63,265 nt of DNA, filler included, from Octopus bimaculoides (GCF_001194135.2; 4 parts of 4 records of this genome joined end to end with filler, not necessarily neighbours in it); one strand, 5' to 3'. Shown: positions 24,972 through 37,287, numbered from the whole stretch's first letter. A program made the numbers and translations. Notes: generated from the sequence alone by a model not told the origin.

Positions 24972-25102
24972 ATCATTTTCACCCACTGTTTCTCATAAAC
25001 ACACCTTCACAGTCTCTCCAAACCCAGGGACACATGTGAGTTCACACATGCAAACATATCTCTATAATGCATACATATAATTTATATCTATCTATCTACC
25101 CC

Positions 25103-25178
<76 letters not shown>

Positions 25179-25338
25179 CCTACCTGTCTGTCTGTCTGTC
25201 TTTCCGTCTGTCTGTCTGTCTGTCTGTCTGTCTTCATATGAATATAGCTTGTTCTATAAACATTTTACTTTTGACATGTTTTGCCTATTTCTGTTTCTTT
25301 TTTATCTCATATGCATGATCTTGTAACTTGGCTCCTTT

Positions 25339-25374
<36 letters not shown>

Positions 25375-25474
25375 NNNNNNNNNNNNNNNNNNNNNNNNNN
25401 NNNNNNNNNNNNNNNNNNTTAATTAATTAANNNNNNNNNNNNNNNNNNNNNNNNNNNNNNNNNNNNNNNNNNNN
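25375..25474. other. Artificial scaffold-join spacer 44N-TTAATTAATTAA-44N
   Basis: Exact 100-bp structure, repeated at 44218-44317 and 61889-61988. The 12-mer puts TAA in all six frames. Confidence 0.9.
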
Positions 25475-25542
<68 letters not shown>

Positions 25543-26404
25543 TGCGCGCGTGTATTGGTATATGAATGTATTTATATGTAGTGTCTTCATTTGGGTATAG
25601 AGTAGATTCGAACCTGAATCCGCAAATTTCCCCTAACATTTCAACAGCATTTTTCTAACAGAAAAAAAAATTAAATAAGAGTTACATTCAACATATGGCT
25701 TTGCCAAGTCAATATATGTTTCTTTCACTTAAAATTTTAAACTCTTCTATGCCATGAAAAGTTGAAATAGATAAGGAGCGACCTACATTAACTTATCCAT
25801 TGTTTAAACGATTGATCTCTTTTTCTGGCTGGTCTGTATTCTTATAAATACAAGATGGTGAAAAGCAGACGCCAGAGACGACCACAAGCAGACAACTACT
25901 GGAGGCTGAAGGTCAAACAATCGGCCTCTATGATACAACTTATCTCCGCGCTCTTTCACTTTCACTGTCTCATCTTTCCCTTCTAACAAGCATCACTCTA
26001 TCTACCTTTTTCCTACTACTAGAATGACAAGAACATGTACACACTTATACAAGGAAAAATGAACTCTCAATTATATTATACACGCGCGCCGTCCTGTGTG
26101 GCTATACATAAAGTAACGGTAGATAAAATTTGGAGTCAACATCAGTTTCGACCACTGTTCTTCTTTCGTCTTCTTCAACATCACATCCGTTACATTTTGG
26201 TAACAACTACGTTACACTTGGCTTCTCGATGTAAAGATTCATTCATCTTAAAAAGATACATTTACATCAACCGTTACAATTGGTAACTGCTGACTCTAAA
26301 AATTATCCGTTACAAATACACAAACATTTGTACAGCAACATAAACACATACCTACATATACTTACATACACAAATATACATACACAAACATACGTACACC
26401 TAAC

Positions 26405-26438
<34 letters not shown>

Positions 26439-26514
26439 CATACATACATACATACATACACACATAAACGCATACATACATACATGCATACAAATAAAAA
26501 TACCCTATATTATA

Positions 26515-26660
26515 TGTTTCCGTCTATCAAATCTACTCACAAGGCTCTGGTCGTATGAATGGAAAATACCAGACCGAGGTGCGACGCAATGGCGACTGAC
26601 CCCGGAATCATGTGGTTAGGAAGCAAGCTTCTTACCACACATTCCACGCCTACACCTATA
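26515..26660 (-). mobile_element. SINE family C 5' part, diverged
   Basis: TTTCCGTCTATCAAATCTACTCACAAGGCT...ATGTGGTTAGGAAGCAAGCTTCTTACCACAC. Confidence 0.75.
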
Positions 26661-26694
26661 GCCACACCAATGCCAATGTGTGTGTGTGTGAGAG

Positions 26695-26990
26695 GGCGCT
26701 TGGTCTAGTAGTTAGGCTGTTGCGCTCACGATCCAGCGATTGTGAGATCAATTCCTAGACCGAGTGGTACGTTGTGTTCTTGAGTAAAAAAAATACTTAC
26801 GTAGCTCTGCGATCACTTCAACACCTGACGCGTGGCACACAGTCCACCTGTTCATGCAACGTCAATTTGATGGAGAGAGTGGACTAATGTGCAGCACGAA
26901 CATTTGATCACTGTAAATAAATCAGTTGCGCATGTCGTTCAGCAAAAAAGCTGAACGCTTGTACATCGTCTTCGACGTGAGAGTCCAACG
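26695..26990 (+). mobile_element. tRNA-derived SINE family D copy
   Basis: Head GGCGCTTGGTCTAGTAGTTAGG...GAGATCAATTCC followed by GTTGTGTTCTTGAG, a conserved-core-like segment. Confidence 0.6.
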
Positions 26991-27024
26991 TGTGTGTGTG
27001 TGAGTGTATATCTATATCTATCTA

Positions 27025-27070
<46 letters not shown>

Positions 27071-27072
<2 letters not shown>

Positions 27073-27238
27073 ACACAGGTTCGTGTGTCACATAGCTAGC
27101 TAGATGCGATGGCTTCTGGAGCTAATCAGCAGCATCATTCGTCCTATTCTTTTGGACTGCCATGTTGGCTTGGCGATAACTATTAATATCCAGTACCGCT
27201 GCCGTAGTCTCCTTTAGAGAGACTTAGAAATATTAATA
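27071..27238 (-). repeat. Second copy of the 7866-8033 element
   Basis: Reverse-complement alignment with 7866-8033. Confidence 0.85.
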
Positions 27239-27294
27239 TTTGTTTGACCGTTGACTGAACACTATTCAATTTGTTTTTCTCCTTGTCTCCGTAT

Positions 27295-27331
27295 TCTTTC
27301 TGTTGAAGAGCGTAGCTCGAAACGTCAAAGA
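27295..27331 (+). ncRNA. Minimal type-I hammerhead-like motif with variant core (CUGUUGA)
   Basis: TCTTT-CTGTTGA-A-GAGC(GTA)GCTC-GAAA-CG-T-C-AAAGA: all three stems form, with a GUC cleavage triplet. Confidence 0.6.
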
Positions 27332-27420
27332 CTTTCCGTATTCCCGAGCGTCATACTAATACATCCTTTTGTTATTTACACCACCTGTCCTCGTCTGTTG
27401 TTGTTGTTTCGTACATTCTC

Positions 27421-27456
<36 letters not shown>

Positions 27457-27719
27457 GTATTTACATATAATTATATTTATTAACTACAAAACTATATTTA
27501 CCCTAATAATAATATTGTAATTACTTAAAAGGTTAACTACTATATATAATCTACTTCTATATTTTTTAACGACTACCCAGACTATATTACATTACTTGAA
27601 TTTTTATAAATATATTTACTCTTATATTAATTTGATACTCAAGTATACGTTTATTACTATATTTTTCTTCTCTTTATGCTTTTAATGTTTACCCAATGCA
27701 TATTATATTATTTTTCATA

Positions 27720-27858
27720 CTCTTGTTCAAAACGGGGGCACCAGTTTTCATTTATGTTTTATGTAGTGTTTTTGGTACCGAAAGACTTTCAACCAGTGTC
27801 CCAAGTTTCAAAGTGTTTCGTTAAGAAAATACTGGTGCCCCCGTTTTGAACAAGATCC
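27720..27858. mobile_element. Internally deleted MITE with 25-bp perfect TIRs
   Basis: TCTTGTTCAAAACGGGGGCACCAGT at 27721-27745, reverse complement at 27831-27855. Interior matches both ends of the 42.1-42.9 kb element. Confidence 0.88.
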
Positions 27859-27931
27859 CAAGATCCCTTACTTTTCTTCGATATTATAATGGATTGTATA
27901 AAAAAAAATTGTTAAAATATTTTGTGTATAT

Positions 27932-28101
27932 GAGTAGGAGTGGCTGTGTGGTAAGTAGCTTGCTTACGAACCACATGGTTCCGGTTTCAGTCACACCTCG
28001 TGGCACCTTGGGCAAGTGTCTTCTACTATAGCCTCGGGCCGACCAAAGCCTTGTGACTGGATTTGGTAGACGGAAACTGAAAGAAGCCCGTCGTATATAT
28101 G

Positions 28102-28145
<44 letters not shown>

Positions 28146-28365
28146 AGTTTGTGTGTCTATGTTTGTCCCCTCACCCCCCAACATCGCTTGATAATCGATG
28201 CTGGTGTGTTTACGTCCCAGTAATATGGCGGTTCGGCAAAAGAGACCGATAGAATAAATACTAGACTTACAAAGAATAAGTCCTGGGGTCGATTTGCTCG
28301 ACTAAAGGCGGTGCTCCAGCATGGCCACAGTCAAATGACTGAAACAAGTAAAAGAGTAAAGAGTA
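27932..28365 (+). mobile_element. tRNA-derived CORE-like SINE family C (octopus OR-type), full length with internal (TA)/(TG) tract
   Basis: GTAGGAGTGGCTGTGTGGTAAGTAGCTTGC...GCACCTTGGGCAAGTGTCTTCTACTATAGCCTCGGG...GACTGAAACAAGTAAAAGAGTAAAGAG tail. Confidence 0.9.
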
Positions 28366-28409
28366 TTGTAGATGTGTAACTAATTTTCTGCTCAAAGCTT
28401 TAACAAAAT

Positions 28410-28454
28410 CTTATATGGACCTCCAAGGGTATGTACCCCGGTTGAGAACCACTG
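28410..28454. mobile_element. Single hAT/MITE-like terminus
   Basis: GGTTGAGAACCACTG is the reverse complement of CAGTGGTTCTCAACC, a common hAT-MITE TIR; partner end not seen. Confidence 0.45.
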
Positions 28455-29083
28455 AACTATATTTCCATTTGTTAAAGCTATCTCTACTGATTTTAGTAAT
28501 GAGTTCGTGGAGGTTAATGGTTTGGATGTTGTCTTCATGAAGGAGCAAGAACGCCTGAAATATGGCATACACACCTATTATCTACTTTTCCTTCTTCGAT
28601 CGCATTGTTATTTATATTAGACGTAGTCGGTTACAAAGCGTCGTTACAAATCATTATAATTTCTATAGAAAATCTGTAGAGATAACCTCACCAAGTGGTT
28701 TAATAGCACTGCTAATACGGTAGGACACAGTATTGACTTATAAAAACGTTTTCTTTACTTTTAGTATATCATGGTTGCCTATTGAAATACGGTGTCTCTA
28801 CAAGTCATTAAATTGACCTATATCGTTTTCAGTTTTTACACGTGATCGCAGTCTGTACATGCTTTATAACAATAACATCGTAGGTCGACTGCACCGCAAA
28901 CAGAGGGATTCTATTTATTTATTCTTTTATTTTTGAGAATTCTCTTTTTATATCGTTTGTTATAGTTTATTGCTTTTGCTTTCTTTTCTTTTTTTGATCG
29001 ATGTAAATCCCACCGTTTTCTGCGTTGTATTCTTTTGATGTTCAACGCAATGACTTGGTCGGTGTAGCCACAAGAAAGAAGTT

Positions 29084-29133
<50 letters not shown>

Positions 29134-29212
29134 NNNNNNNNNNNNNNNNNNNNNNNNNNNNNNNNNNNNNNNNNNNNNNNNNNNNNNNNNNTGGTGGTGG
29201 TGGTGGTGCTGT

Positions 29213-29424
29213 TAAGGCGGTGAGTTGGCAGAATCGTCAGCATGTTGGGCAATATACTTAACATTCCTTTCGTTTTTTCGTTCTGAGTTCAAATTCCGCC
29301 TCGGTCAACTTTACCTTTCATCCTTTCGGGTGTCGATAAAATAAATACCAGTTAAAGACTGGGGCCGATATAATCGACTTACACCCTTCCTCAAGCTTAC
29401 TGGCCTTGTGCCAAAATTTGAAAC

Positions 29425-29425
<1 letters not shown>
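29213..29425 (+). mobile_element. SINE family A copy with (ATT)n tail
   Basis: TAAGGCGGTGAGTTGGCAGAATCG...TTTGAAACC then (ATT)n. Confidence 0.9.
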
Positions 29426-29478
<53 letters not shown>

Positions 29479-29494
29479 CATCATCATCATTATT

Positions 29495-31140
29495 GTCTTT
29501 GCGCAACATCTATCGCTGGAGATGTAATACGATGCCAGCTGTTCACTACCAGTGAACTAAGGTAACACTTCTTATTTTTCGAGCACCATCCAGAGTATTC
29601 GAGTGGCTCCAAGCAGTGCTGTTTTCAGCAAGTGCTCAACCCTTATCGCAGCCCCTATTCGTTCCATGTACTTCTCAAGATTTTTACTCACTGTTCCCAA
29701 AGCTCCGACAGTTATTGGTACTACTACCACCTTTTTCAACGATGACAACTGCTTAACCTCCCAAGCTAACCTGTCATATCTCACGACTTTTCTTTCTTCC
29801 TTATCACATACCTTGTTGTCAGCTGGACATGCTATATCTANNNNNNNNNNCTTATCACATACCTTGTTGTCAGCTGGACATGCTATATCTACGATCCAGC
29901 ATCGTTTGCTTTCTTTCTCAATTAACACTATGTCTGGTCTCCTATTCTCTATATCATGGTCGCACTGAATCATAAAATCTCATAGGATCTTTCCATTATC
30001 ATTTTCGATTATGCCTTCGGGTTTACGTTCGCACCACTTTTTTTCTCTGTCAAGTCCATGGACAATCCTTGCTATATTGTCATGACGTCTCTTATATTCT
30101 TTCTGGGCTAGTGGCGTACATTTACTGGTAATTTGCCATACGGTTTCACCATTTTATCCACAAATTTTGTACTTATCACTTTCTGATGTGTTGTTTATTC
30201 TGCATTTGATGTAATTCGTTCTTAGTGCTTGCTCTTGGGCAGCACAGATTTAGAACCTCCGTTTCCGGTTTTAAATCACTTCCTATCATCCATAGCCATT
30301 TTGTTTCTCTGTCTGTCTTATCTTCAACATCCCTATGAAATTTTCCATGCATTCTTTTCTGTATCCACTTATTTTCAGTTTCATTTATTCTCAAGTGCTT
30401 GTACACTGCTTTATCTTTGCAATCTTCCATCCTACAGAAGCCTGACCTTCTCACTTCTAATAATAGTGGTTCTGTGGCATTTTTTACATACCACGCTATG
30501 TTGTTTCTTTTGCTCTAACGCCGTGTTCGCATCCAATCAGTCCTCTTCCCCCTTTTTTCTTGGTTCAAACAGTCTGTCTGTCACTTTTGGGGTGGAGTAT
30601 CCCATATCTAGTCAGCAACTTCCTTATCTTTCTGCCTAAGCTGTTTAGTTTGTCTACTGTCCATACGATTACCTCAATGTCTAGGGAGTGAAACCGCCCA
30701 GGTATTGATAGCTTCAATCTTATTCCATCAGTCTGTGCAAGTGCTCCACCTTAAATTTTTCTGTCATTTCTTTCTCCATCAATTTATCCATCTCCAATAT
30801 CCCCAAGTATTCCAATGTCCCCAAGTCTCTTCTATCTGCTTCATAACCTCTCCCGACGGTATCACTAGCCCGTCCATTCATTTGATGTTTGCCTCTCTTC
30901 AAGACTAACACACCACACTTATTCAGTCCGAACTTCATTCTGATATCAGCACTGAAAGCATACACCGTATCAACGAGGGAACTGACTTGGGATTCATCTT
31001 TATCATAAAGTTTGAGGTCATCCATGAATAACAAGTGGTTGACTTTTTGTTGGAGGCTTTTGAATACATACCCAGCCTTTGCTTTCCTCAGAATCAATGT
31101 TAGTGGTATCATGCACAGTACAAAGATCAGTACAAAGATA
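29495..31140 (-). mobile_element. R4/Dong-clade non-LTR retrotransposon copy 1 (5'-truncated; RT C-terminus, zinc knuckle, RLE)
   Basis: NHLLFMDDLKLY (30720-31112) and RPDIVLIEK...IVDIACPAD...LGATRIL (29572-29973). Frameshifts present; (AAT)n-type tracts at both ends. Confidence 0.9.
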
Positions 31141-31161
31141 ATAATGATACTGTACTACTTT

Positions 31162-31212
<51 letters not shown>

Positions 31213-31215
<3 letters not shown>

Positions 31216-32190
31216 GAAAACTGAAGTGACACTTGTTTCTGGTCATGCTTCAAAAACCCTACGAAGAATCCTTGCAGTTCCAAACAATGCTGATTTTTGT
31301 AGGTGTTCTACCTTCACACTTGCACCGATCTTTTTCAGCCATATTGGTAGTTGAGTACTGATACTTCCAAGTGCACCAATTACTGTTGGTATCACGTTTA
31401 CTCTCTTCATTGACCACAACCTTCGTATTTCCCACTTCAAATCATCATAGTTGTTTATTTTTTCTTCTTCTTTCAAATTGATCCTGTTGTCACCATGGCA
31501 TGCTATGTCGATAATCATACATGTTCTTTCTTATTTATTCACCACAACAATATCCAGTTTCCTATGTTTGGTCGGGTGATTACACTGGATCATTGCATCC
31601 TACGGAATTTTGCAGTTCTCATTTTCGGTGACTACTTCCGGGGTTTGCTCATACCCCGTCTTTGCTCTTTGTAGGCCGTGATTTCCACAGCTCCCAATGG
31701 ATCGTTCTTGCCACATTGTCATGGCATCTTTTGTATTCGCGTTGTGCCAATTTCAAGCATTTGCTAACGATGTGCCATACCGTTTCACTCATCTCACCAC
31801 ACATTCTGCATTTGTCACTATCAGTAGTGTTGTCAGCTCTGCAGTTCATATAATTGGTCCTTAATGCTTGTTCCTGAGCTGCGCATATGAGCGCTTCTGT
31901 TTCTATCTTCAGGTCCCTCCTCCTCTTCCATAGCCACCGGTCCTCTGCATCTGTCTTCGCATTCAATCTCTTGCAAATTGACCGTACATTTTCTTTTCCT
32001 TCTGTGCTTTTTCTTTTTTTTTTGTTCATTTCTTGTTTAAATTTTTCTTTAGTTACACAATTTTCAGTTTTGATGACGTCGGCCTTCTTCGTGTGTTTCA
32101 ACAGTGGCTCTAACTGTTCAATATTTGGTAGAGTGAGGCAAATTTCTACTGCATCATCTCCTACACTTCCGTGTCGCTGGGGTGTGTGAA
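31213..32190 (-). mobile_element. R4/Dong-clade LINE copy 2 (zinc knuckle + RLE)
   Basis: AAQEQALRTN...CRMCGEMSETVWHIVSKC (CX2CX7HX4C); IIDIACHGD...QKSALFGTARILRRVFEA*. 5' boundary approximate. Confidence 0.9.
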
Positions 32191-33552
32191 GCATTGTGCG
32201 TTCTTTTTTACTTTGGGGAGTGTGTGAACTCTTTCCGGTATTGTACTATGTATCCTTTTCTTGAGGTATGATGCTGTCTTTTGTTGTGGTACTATTTGTA
32301 TTGTGTGTTAATTGTGTAATGCTTTCTGGATTGTTTGTGGGAGTTTATTTTGTTGGGTAAATGCTGTATAGAGTGTGACTTGTNNNNNNNNNNTTTATTT
32401 TGTTGGGTAAATGCTGTATAGAGTGTGACTTGTATTTGTGGGTTATTTTGTGTAGGTTGTATTATTGGATTAAGAGTGTTTGTGTAGAATGTAAGCTGTT
32501 CCTAGCAGGGCTATTTTTTGGACAGTGTGTAGTGTTGAGGATCTAGGTATAGATTCTACATTTTTCTTCATATGATTTTTTATCATGCCCAATGCTCCAA
32601 TTATTATTAGTATTATTTTTACCTTCATGCCCCACATTTTGAATACTTCAATTTCGAGTTCTTTGTACTTCGACAATTTCTCCACTTCTTTGTGATAATA
32701 TTTTGATCAGAAGGGACTGCAATCTTTTTTCCCCAATCTTTTACTACTATGTCTGGGCGATTAGCTTTTATTTCTTTGTCGGTTTGAACCGGCATATCCC
32801 AGTTGATTGTGGCCTGATCTTTGTCTTGTACCTTGCTTGGTTCATGCTTATACCACCTTCTGTCAGTTTTGCTGTTGTAATATTGGCATATTGTTCGGTG
32901 GATATAACTGCTTACTTTATTGTGTCTGTATACAAATTCAGACTGGACAAGGACTGGACAGCCTGAGATGATATGGTCAACTATATCATTGTGCTGGTTG
33001 CACATTCTGCATTTGGTGTTGAGGCCTGTTTTCGTTATTTTTAAAAAATAATTGTTTGTTGTCAGGCATTGGACTTGAGCAGTGAGAATCAGTCCTTCCG
33101 TTTCGGCTTTTAGTCCAGAGATTTTCAGCCATTGTTGGCTTTTACTTAAGCTCAATTCCTCACTGCCAAGCCTTGCAGGGTACTGGCCACGAAGTGATTT
33201 TTCTCTCCATTTCTTCTTCAGTATCTTTTGTAATTCAGTTTTCATGTTTTTTGTCTCTCTGACCATTTCTGCTATGTTGTCATCTGAGGTCAGTATGTCA
33301 GTGTAGTTTGCTTCTGTTTTGTATTTTGTCGCCTCCATGTGTATAGAGAAAAGCGTTTTCTTTTTCTCATGTTGCTTTACTACATGCAGTAGCTTTCCCC
33401 TCTTTATTTGTAAGTACTTTACTAGTCCAACTGTTGTTATTATATTGTAGTTTTCTATCTGTATCAGGCCACGGCCTCCTTCTGCGTCTGCTTTGGGGTG
33501 GTAATTTCGGTACGCTGTTAGTAGTTTTCTGGTTTTTCTAAGTTTCTCAATT
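32190..33552 (-). mobile_element. R4/Dong-clade LINE copy 3
   Basis: KTRKLLT...HPKADAEGGRGLIQIE; CRMCNQHNDIVDHIISGC; ANRPDIVVKD; QKIALLGTAYIL*; long 3' UTR. Confidence 0.9.
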
Positions 33553-33555
33553 CAC

Positions 33556-33636
<81 letters not shown>

Positions 33637-33640
<4 letters not shown>

Positions 33641-34184
33641 TAGTTTTATTTTTATAACGTGCTTTCACTTCACTACCGAGCGCAGCTCTGGGTGCCTTGG
33701 GTATGTGCTGTGGTTTGTTGTGATGCTCTTATGGTTACTGTATTGAAAGTGTTTTGCGTAGGATGTGTGCAGTGCCCAGTAGTGCAATTTTCTGTATGTT
33801 ATATATATTTGTAAGTCCTGGTGTTTTTGTTATGTATATGTCTGAATANNNNNNNNNNNNNNNNNNNNNNNNNNNNNNNNNNNNNNNNNNNNNNNNNNNN
33901 NNNNNNNNNNNNNNNNNNNNNNNNNNNNNNNNNNNNCAGGTCTTTGTATTTTGAAAGTTTCTCCATTTCTTTTAGGGAAACGTTGTCATCTGCTGGTATT
34001 GATACATCAATTAGAAAGCATTTTTTCCTTCATGATCTTTGACAACTATATCTGGTCTATTGGCCTTAATTTCTCTATCTGTGTGTATTGGCATATCCCA
34101 GAGTATGGTTGCTTTCTCGTTTTCTGTGACCTTTTCTGGCATGTGTTTATACCATCTTTTTTTCTGTTGTTATTCCATAGTGTT

Positions 34185-34185
<1 letters not shown>
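33637..34185 (-). mobile_element. R4/Dong-clade LINE copy 4 (RLE + 3' UTR)
   Basis: WYKHMPEKVTENEKATILWDMPIHTDREIKANRPDIVVKD...IDVSIPAD...; (AAT)n on both sides. Confidence 0.9.
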
Positions 34186-34230
<45 letters not shown>

Positions 34231-34381
34231 TGTTGTTGTTGTTATTATTCAAGAAGATAATAATTGTGCCAACTATAAAAGTAGTATTGAAAATGGAACT
34301 TCAGTGAAATCGAATATTAAGTTAATACTAGATTCAACTAAAGTAAATAAATAGATTAAGAGCAGGATTTAATTTAAATAT

Positions 34382-34440
34382 ATTGCCCCAGTATGGCCTC
34401 AGTCTGATGGCTGAAACAAGTAAAAGATAAAAGATAAAAT
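34382..34440 (+). mobile_element. SINE family C 3' tail fragment
   Basis: GCCCCAGTATGGCCTCAGTCTGATGGCTGAAACAAGTAAAAGATAAAAGAT. Confidence 0.7.
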
Positions 34441-34521
34441 ATAAATTATACGTAAGCTACGGGAAGAATGAAAATATAATGCGTGGTCGCTATTGAAATT
34501 AAGTGGTTTATGACGAGTTAC

Positions 34522-34736
34522 GTCAGCTGGTAGAATCGTTAGCACGCTGGACGAAAATGCTCAGCGGTATTTCATTCGTCGTCACATTCTGAGTTCACAT
34601 GCCACCGAGGTAGTCTTGTCCTTTCATCCTTTCGGCGTCGATAAATTAAGTGCCAATTACGCAATAGGATCGATGTAATCGACAATCCCCTCCCCCAAAT
34701 TTCAGGCATTGTGTATTTAGTAGAAAGGATTATTAT
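34522..34736 (+). mobile_element. SINE family A copy
   Basis: CAGCTGGTAGAATCGTTAGCACG...TTTAGTAGAAAGGATTATTA. Confidence 0.88.
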
Positions 34737-35599
34737 GGACATGGAGCAATCACAATGGGTGATCCAGATCGTATCTAGATAGAGTATTCGTCAATGCCAA
34801 CAAGCCATTGAGCTTACGGTTGGCGCCTGGAGAGGTAGGTCGATGCCATCGGTTAGTGCTGTCAGACACTGGCCTGACTGACCAGTTAAACTGCTCGGGG
34901 TATGGTTCGGCTCCAACTTCCAGGTGGATAACAACTGGGACGAGGTTGGTAGAGAGGAAGCTGTCGGGTAGAAGTCCATCGTCAAGTATCGCTTGATCTC
35001 TCCTATCATTTATCGCCTAACCGTCCTGCCGCAGTTACTGCTTGATCAGGCTGGAGCGTCTTATTTATTTTCTTGTTGAAAGGATGCGTTCCAATGGTCA
35101 GGTGGTCAGTTTGCTGCCATCACCCTCCGCGTGTAAGTTTAGGCATGCCGTATCTTCTGGTGCGCTGACACATGCACAGGTTCAACCACCTGCGACCATT
35201 TCAGGGTAGTAAATGTGTGGGGGATCTATTTGTGAGGTACGTCTTTCTGCAGCTCGTTTCATTGACGGAGCTGCAGACCTAGGTAAAGGAAAGACCGAGA
35301 CTGGGCACCTGGCACCTAGAGTATCGTCAGGCGCTCACAGTTCTCTACTAGTCGAGCAATAGGATCGGTGGATGTTCCACTTTAGCAATATATAAAGAGT
35401 TTGTGGCGAGGAAGTGCGATGATGTCCACAAACGGAAACGAACTGACTACTCTGCTCCGGAATATTTTCTGGTAAGGGATTTCTATGAATAATCTCCATA
35501 TGTCCTTGGCCTGGTAATTCTACCGAAGGACGCTACCGGTTCGATGTGGGACGGATGTGCTGTCAGACGAGTTTGTCTGAGTTGCGCGCAAAGCGAAGT

Positions 35600-36024
35600 A
35601 ACCTTACCGCATGTACTCGTTCCACTTTCCTGCTTGACCCCATGGCTTTTGCTGATTTTCCCCCTTTTGAGAATCATTACACCACATTTCTCGATCCCAA
35701 ATTCCATGCCGTTATCGTTGCTAATCATCTGCACTGTTGCCGTCAAACACTCGATTTCTTTCTCAGTTTTAGCGAGTAACTTTAGGTCATCCATAAACCA
35801 CAGGCTGTTTACTCTCACCCTGCTTAGCATGTACCTCACACGCATCTTTCTTAAAATGCTTGTTAGTGGCAGTATGCAGACAACAAATAGGAGAGGCGAC
35901 AGACTGTCCCCTTGAACGATTCCTCTTTAGATATTTATCTCTCCCAGCTTATCTCCCCATGCTGTGAGTTCAGTTCGCTACGTTGTCATTGAGCTTTGTA
36001 TTAACTTCAGGATATTGTGGGAGG

Positions 36025-36025
<1 letters not shown>
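35600..36025 (-). mobile_element. R4/Dong-clade LINE copy 5 (RT core fragment)
   Basis: RGIVQGDSLSPLLFVVCILPLT and LWFMDDLKLLAK...GMEFGIEKCG; 5' end abuts (AAT)n. Confidence 0.88.
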
Positions 36026-36090
<65 letters not shown>

Positions 36091-36094
<4 letters not shown>

Positions 36095-36367
36095 TAGTTT
36101 TATTTTTATAGCGTGCTTTCACTTCACTACCGAGCGCAGCTCTGTGCGCCTTGGGTATGTGCTGTGGTTCGCTGTGGTGCTCTTATGTTTACTGTATTGA
36201 AAGTGTTTTGCGTAGAATGTGTGCAGTACCCAGTAGTGCAATTTTCTGTATGTTATATATATTTGTAAGTCCTGGTGTTTTTGTTATGTATTTGTCTGAA
36301 TATTTTTTTATTATACCTAAGGCACCTACTATGATAGGAATTGTTTCTGTTTTTAGATTCCACATTC
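36091..36367 (-). mobile_element. R4/Dong-clade LINE copy 6 (3' end, continues into gap)
   Basis: Near-identical to 33637-33848; IPIIVGALG...QKIALLGTAHILRKTLSIQ*. Confidence 0.9.
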
Positions 36368-36848
36368 NNNNNNNNNNNNNNNNNNNNNNNNNNNNNNNNN
36401 NNNNNNNNNNNNNNNNNNNNNNNNNNNNNNNNNNNNNNNNNNNNNNNNNNNNNNNNNNNNNNNNNNNNNNNNNNNNNNNNNNNNNNNNNNNNNNNNNNNN
36501 NNNNNNNNNNNNNNNNNNNNNNNNNNNNNNNNNNNNNNNNNNNNNNNNNNNNNNNNNNNNNNNNNNNNNNNNNNNNNNNNNNNNNNNNNNNNNNNNNNNN
36601 NNNNNNNNNNNNNNNNNNNNNNNNNNNNNNNNNNNNNNNNNNNNNNNNNNNNNNNNNNNNNNNNNNNNNNNNNNNNNNNNNNNNNNNNNNNNNNNNNNNN
36701 NNNNNNNNNNNNNNNNNNNNNNNNNNNNNNNNNNNNNNNNNNNNNNNNNNNNNNNNNNNNNNNNNNNNNNNNNNNNNNNNNNNNNNNNNATTATTATTAA
36801 TTTTATTATTATTATTATTATTATCATTATTATTATTATTATTATTAA

Positions 36849-36911
<63 letters not shown>

Positions 36912-36914
<3 letters not shown>

Positions 36915-37225
36915 GGCAGAGAGCTGGCAGAATCGTTAGCGCGCTGGACGAAATGTTTTAGCGGTGTTTCGCCCGTCGTTACGTTCTGAGTTCAAATTCT
37001 ACCGAGGTCGACTTTGCCTTTCATCCTTTTAGGGCCGATTGAATAAGTACCATTTGAACACTGGGGTCGATGTAATCGACTCATCCCCTACCCCAAAAAA
37101 TGCTGCCCTTGTGGCAAAATTTAGGAAAGGCGGCGAACTGGCAGAATCGTTAGCACGCCGGGCGAAATGCTAGTCAACTAGTACCCTTCCCGCAAATCTG
37201 AGGACTTGTGCCTCCAGTAAAAAGG

Positions 37226-37287
<62 letters not shown>

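Noticed and set aside
24505-25076. ~265-bp tandem duplication
   Set aside because: Near-identical copies straddle a small N gap, typical of unmerged contig overlap.
29800-29890. 40-bp duplication in LINE copy 1 (similar at 32344-32433)
   Set aside because: The copies flank 10-N gaps; assembly overlap artefact.
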